Source: a virus (Duplodnaviria; Caudoviricetes). Taken from it: a stretch of 32,073 nucleotides of DNA. Below, piece after piece: positions 27,986 to 32,073 of the stretch (positions are counted from its first letter, which is position 1; every line of letters starts with the position of its first letter). Under the pieces are notes generated by a model. It ran no database searches. It saw nothing but the letters and a program-made list of their open reading frames with translations, and had not been told where the DNA came from. The DNA lies in IMG/VR virus record IMGVR_UViG_3300020045_000688, positions 1-32,073 of that record; one strand, 5' to 3'. Position numbers and translations under genes: made by a program.

Positions 27986-28405
27986 ATGTCAGATAAAAAA
28001 ATCTCAGAACTATTGGTTGCAACGACTGCGCTTGGTGCAGATCTAATCCCGATAGTAACTGGTGGTGCCAATAAAAGTTTATCCGTAGGTATTCTTTCAT
28101 TGAATCTACCTAATGTTGGTAATAAGGGTATTACTAAGAATACACCCACGACTGCTTTAACCACTGTTATAGCGATGACATCGACTATTGTGGTGTTACC
28201 CATATCCGTACCACCATATACTCTAGGAATCGGTGTAGATGGTCAGGAAGTGACCCTTGTGTCACAAGATGTAAATACACTAGTTCCTATATCAAGTTAT
28301 TTTACGTCTATCCAGATGACTTCTGGATCATCCGTGACACTGATATATCTAACTTCTTTAGCTAAATGGGTTTGTAAGTGTTCTAATGGTGTGACATTTA
28401 TCTAA
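27986..28405 (+). CDS. Hypothetical virion protein (139 aa)
   Basis: MSDKKISEL...D.IPIV..G.NK N-terminus typical of fibre/decoration proteins. Confidence 0.6.
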   Translation: MSDKKISELLVATTALGADLIPIVTGGANKSLSVGILSLNLPNVGNKGITKNTPTTALTTVIAMTSTIVVLPISVPPYTLGIGVDGQEVTLVSQDVNTLVPISSYFTSIQMTSGSSVTLIYLTSLAKWVCKCSNGVTFI

Positions 28406-28407
28406 AC

Positions 28408-28755
28408 ATGATTAAATCCGATGATGAGTTTATTCAGTTTGCTATATCAAATTATGATAATACATATTTGATGTCTGTGGCTGAATTTGAATCAGATATT
28501 AGAAGATTTACATATCTAAATAATCTAATAAATAGATACAGGGCTGATGTATCTGATTTAAAAGATAGACTAATCATTAACCATCTAGTAATTTTAAGTA
28601 ACTGTTTTACTGTTCTAGGATTATTGGAAATGATTTCATATAAGATCCCCGAACATAATAAGACGGTTGTTAATACATTTCTATATTATCTAAATGCAAT
28701 CGATACACCTAACGATTTAGATTTTTATCTCATGGATATTTTAAATGGTCAATAA
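28408..28755 (+). CDS. Conserved T4-like phage hypothetical protein (115 aa)
   Basis: F..FA...YDN......EF..D..RF.Y...L..RY......L..RLI.NH...L.N.F pattern. Confidence 0.7.
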   Translation: MIKSDDEFIQFAISNYDNTYLMSVAEFESDIRRFTYLNNLINRYRADVSDLKDRLIINHLVILSNCFTVLGLLEMISYKIPEHNKTVVNTFLYYLNAIDTPNDLDFYLMDILNGQ

Positions 28756-28900
28756 ATTAAACGAAGAAGGCGTGCCTGTTACAACTACAGATAATGCTGG
28801 CACTGGGTTAGTAGACCCAAAATTACCTATCAAACCTAAAACTATCCTTCGCAGATATAGAGATATTAGGAAACAACCAAAATCTGCATATATTAAATAG
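28745..28900 (+). CDS. Small protein (51 aa) missing from the ORF track
   Basis: MVNKLNEEGVPVTTTDNAGTGLVDPKLPIKPKTILRRYRDIRKQPKSAYIK*. Overlaps the upstream stop and fills the gap before gp18. Confidence 0.55.
   Translation: MVNKLNEEGVPVTTTDNAGTGLVDPKLPIKPKTILRRYRDIRKQPKSAYIK
28892..28899 (+). promoter_or_regulatory. Putative late promoter ATTAAATA
   Basis: 42 nt before the gp18 start. Confidence 0.55.
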
Positions 28901-28941
28901 TAATTACTATACATTCTTAACCAAATTCAGGAGTTCATTAC

Positions 28942-30879
28942 ATGGCATTTCTACAATCACCAGGAGTTCAGATCGTTGAAAAAGACGCATCTGCAGTTAC
29001 GCCGGGCGCGTCAACCACAGTTGGAGGTACAGTGGGTGTATTCCAATGGGGACCAGTTATGGTTCCTATGTTAATTAGTGGTGAAGATAATTTAGTATCT
29101 ATTTTTGGAAAACCAGATGATAGTACATTTGGCGCATTCTTTTCTGCATCTAACTTTCTTTCATATACATCGTCTTTATGGGTAGTGCGTGCTGCAACGA
29201 CTAATAAAAATTCAACATCAAATGCTGCTGGTCTATTAATCAAAAATATTGATTCATATGATGATTCATATAGTTCGGGACAAGGTAGTGTTGGTACTTT
29301 TGCCGCAAGATATCCTGGAAGTATTGGTGATAGTATCCAAGTATCTATTGCAGATTCTGGCACTTTCGCTACTTGGGAATATAAGGATCAATTCCAATCT
29401 GCCCCCGGTACATCAGATTTTGCAGAATCTAAGGGTGGACTAAATGATGAAATTCATATCATCGTAGTTGACGTTGGTGGTAAATTCACTGGTACACCTG
29501 GTACTACATTAGAAAAATATGAATTCCTTTCGAAGGGTTCTGACGCAGTTTCTTATCAAGGACTATCTAATTATTACGCAAATGTGCTACGTAATCAATC
29601 ACAATATGTATATTGGATGGATCATGCACTAGGTGGAAATAACTGGGGAAGTAGTGTACTAGGTACCACATTTGATATTCTGGTTGATGATAATGTAGCA
29701 ACTTCTATTGATGTTACCGCTGCAACTACTACAGCAAATGTAGCCACTTTAACGTTTGCCGCCCAAGCAAGTAAACCATTTGTTGTTGGTCAATCGATTA
29801 CAGTTGCTGGTATCACACCGATTGAGTACAACGGTGTTGTGATTGTCACAGAATGTACCACTACAACTGTAAAATATGCGTTGGTAGGTACTCCTAGTGT
29901 AGGTACTGTGTTTGGTTCAGTTGCTGATACAACAGTTATTGCTACTTATGATTTCACTTATCCATTAGGTGGTGGTGTCGATGATAATGCACCAACTGTT
30001 GCAGAGTTAGAACTTGGATGGGATCTATTAGCAAACTCTGAGACATATGATATTTCACTATTTTTTGTTGGTAACGCTGATACAGTATTATCCAAATATG
30101 TCGTAGATAATATTGCAGAAGTTCGTAAAGATGCCGTAGTGTTTATTTCTGCAGTAGCTCCTACAGGTGGACCAATTTTCTCTACATCTGCAACTAAAGA
30201 AGCTGATGCAACTACGTTTAAAACTGCAATTGGAAATTCTACATATACCGTAATCGATTCTGGTTACAAATATATGTATGATAAGTATAATGACAAATAT
30301 CGTTGGTTAGCACTGAATTCTGATATTGCAGGATTATGCGCGAAGGTAGATCAAAATCAAGACACTTGGTTCTCACCTGCTGGTTTGACAAAAGGTCAGA
30401 TTCGTGGAGCAATTAAATTATCTTGGAACCCAAATCAGGCACAACGCGATGTGTTGTATAAATTATCTATCAATCCTGTTGTTTCATTTACTGGACAAGG
30501 TACGCTATTATATGGTGACAAGACCGCTACGTTGAAACCGTCTGCATTTGATCGTATTAATGTTCGTCGATTATTCTTGGTGCTTGAAAAATCAATTGCT
30601 CGTTCTGCGAGATATAACTTATTTGAACTCAATGATGCGATTACTCGTCTACAGTTCGTTGCATCTGTAGAACCATTTCTACGCGACGTTCAAGGTCGTC
30701 GCGGCATTGCTGCGTTTAAAGTTATTTGCGATGAAAGTAATAACACTGCGCAAGTGGTTCAGACGAATAACTTCGTGGGAACAATTTTGATCCGGCCCGT
30801 ATATTCAATTTCATTTATAACTTTGAATTTTACAGCAGTTGGCGCTTCAGTTTCATTCGAGACAGCAGCTGGAGTTTAA
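28942..30879 (+). CDS. Tail sheath protein, T4 gp18-like
   Basis: SPGVQI.E.D, G.FQWGP, A.YPG..G..I, DSGYKY.YDKYND, WFSPAG..KG, SAFDRINVRRLF. RBS CAGGAG. Confidence 0.96.
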   Translation: MAFLQSPGVQIVEKDASAVTPGASTTVGGTVGVFQWGPVMVPMLISGEDNLVSIFGKPDDSTFGAFFSASNFLSYTSSLWVVRAATTNKNSTSNAAGLLIKNIDSYDDSYSSGQGSVGTFAARYPGSIGDSIQVSIADSGTFATWEYKDQFQSAPGTSDFAESKGGLNDEIHIIVVDVGGKFTGTPGTTLEKYEFLSKGSDAVSYQGLSNYYANVLRNQSQYVYWMDHALGGNNWGSSVLGTTFDILVDDNVATSIDVTAATTTANVATLTFAAQASKPFVVGQSITVAGITPIEYNGVVIVTECTTTTVKYALVGTPSVGTVFGSVADTTVIATYDFTYPLGGGVDDNAPTVAELELGWDLLANSETYDISLFFVGNADTVLSKYVVDNIAEVRKDAVVFISAVAPTGGPIFSTSATKEADATTFKTAIGNSTYTVIDSGYKYMYDKYNDKYRWLALNSDIAGLCAKVDQNQDTWFSPAGLTKGQIRGAIKLSWNPNQAQRDVLYKLSINPVVSFTGQGTLLYGDKTATLKPSAFDRINVRRLFLVLEKSIARSARYNLFELNDAITRLQFVASVEPFLRDVQGRRGIAAFKVICDESNNTAQVVQTNNFVGTILIRPVYSISFITLNFTAVGASVSFETAAGV

Positions 30880-30893
30880 TTAAGATAGTACCT

Positions 30894-30929
30894 TCCTTTA
30901 GTTGATTAAATAAAATATCAACTAAAGGA
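30894..30929 (+). promoter_or_regulatory. RBS-sequestering hairpin containing a late-promoter motif
   Basis: TCCTTTAGTTGAT (30894-30906) and ATCAACTAAAGGA (30917-30929) form a perfect 13-bp inverted repeat. ATTAAATA at 30905-30912. Confidence 0.8.
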
Positions 30930-30934
30930 GTATT

Positions 30935-32073
30935 ATGCATTTTATTGTTTATAAAACAACAAATTTAATAAATGGAAAGTTTTATGTAGGAGTACATGGA
31001 ACAGAAAATCCAGATATATTTGATGGGTATTTAGGATCTGGAGATTTAATTTATAAAGCCATTAAGAAATATGGAAAAGAAAATTTTAAACGAGAAACTT
31101 TAGTAGATTGTAATGAAGATGAGGAAGAAGCATATTCAGTAGAGTGGTTGCTCGTAAAAACTAATAAACAAGATCCTAGATCATATAATATAGAAGAAGG
31201 TGGTAAAGGCAATTCTAATCTAGGCAAAACCGCCGTAGATTTACAAATAGGTATTCACGCCGCAACATTTGAAGAACGTTCTATTTGGTCTAAGGTAACC
31301 CAAGCCAATAGAGATCCGGTAGAAAGATTAAAAATGTCATCAAATGGTGGTAAACGGTGTGCAGAACTAGGTAAAGCAGGATTCCAAACCTGCACGCCTG
31401 AACAACGAATCATAAATGCTAGTAATGCAAATAAAACTAAATCTGATAGAGGATATGTTGCTACGTTTAAAAATGCAAGCGAAAATGGCAAGAAAGGCGC
31501 CAAGAAACACTTAGGAGTTAAAGTCTACAACAATGGTATCAATGAATTTAAATTTAAATCTAGTGACCCATTAAATAAAGAATTAACTAAAATTGAATTT
31601 TTACTGTTTATCGAAAATAACCAAGAATTTGCCATAGGTAGAATTTCTAGAAAACGAAATAAACCATCTTCATTGATTGGTGTTAAGAAATATCACGACG
31701 GAATTAGAGAATATGCTTTTGTATCGTCTGATTTATCCGATAAAGAATTAACTAAATTAGAGTTTGCAAAATTTATACAAGATAATCCTACATTTTCTGC
31801 CGGTAGATTAGATGTGGTTAAAGTTGCAGCAAGAAATCAAAAAGTTGTACCGTTTAAGCATTATACAGATGGTGTCAATAATTTTAAGTTTAAGTCAGAA
31901 GAAAATTTGATTGAAAAGTTCGATGATTTTTTATTAGAAAATCCTCATTTTAGACACGGTCAAGTACAAGTAAAAACACTTATATTAAAAGGTGTACGAA
32001 GATATACAGATGGATTAGAAAATTTTATTTTTCATGCAGAAGACAAATCCAGTAATGTAAATATAGATAAAGA
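30935..32073 (+). CDS. Free-standing GIY-YIG (Seg-like) homing endonuclease (3'-partial)
   Basis: Missing from the ORF track because it runs off the window. MHFIVYKTTNLINGKFYVGVH...DGYLGSG..I..AIKKYGKENFKRE.L...E...YN...GG. RBS AAGGAG. Confidence 0.9.
   Translation, partial: MHFIVYKTTNLINGKFYVGVHGTENPDIFDGYLGSGDLIYKAIKKYGKENFKRETLVDCNEDEEEAYSVEWLLVKTNKQDPRSYNIEEGGKGNSNLGKTAVDLQIGIHAATFEERSIWSKVTQANRDPVERLKMSSNGGKRCAELGKAGFQTCTPEQRIINASNANKTKSDRGYVATFKNASENGKKGAKKHLGVKVYNNGINEFKFKSSDPLNKELTKIEFLLFIENNQEFAIGRISRKRNKPSSLIGVKKYHDGIREYAFVSSDLSDKELTKLEFAKFIQDNPTFSAGRLDVVKVAARNQKVVPFKHYTDGVNNFKFKSEENLIEKFDDFLLENPHFRHGQVQVKTLILKGVRRYTDGLENFIFHAEDKSSNVNIDK

Noticed and set aside
949-31503. Many short minus-strand and alternate-frame ORFs in the track
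   Set aside because: They are shadows of long + strand genes with no RBS or recognisable motifs. The exceptions are the ones in the inverted segment.

Overview
AT-rich late (virion) region of a large T4-like myovirus, almost entirely on the + strand. Gene order: baseplate wedge genes (gp7-like, gp8-like), a split VrlC/DUF4815-like pair, a tail-fibre/adhesin cluster, a possible tape-measure-like gene, neck gp13/gp14 interleaved with lysis genes (GH108 endolysin, holins), gp15, gp16, a block of probable head-internal proteins including a Dps, tail sheath gp18, and a free-standing GIY-YIG homing endonuclease. The main result is a complete diversity-generating retroelement (DGR) in the fibre cluster. 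It has a target gene (10531-12546) with a 3' variable repeat (12415-12529), two hairpins, avd, a template repeat (13007-13121), a structured spacer and a DGR-type reverse transcriptase. 17 of the 18 TR/VR mismatches are at TR adenines. Directly downstream, a ~750-bp segment (~14179-14928) is inverted. It clips the RT C-terminus, removes the start of an accessory gene and splits a second fibre gene. All family assignments come from motif recognition, not database searches.
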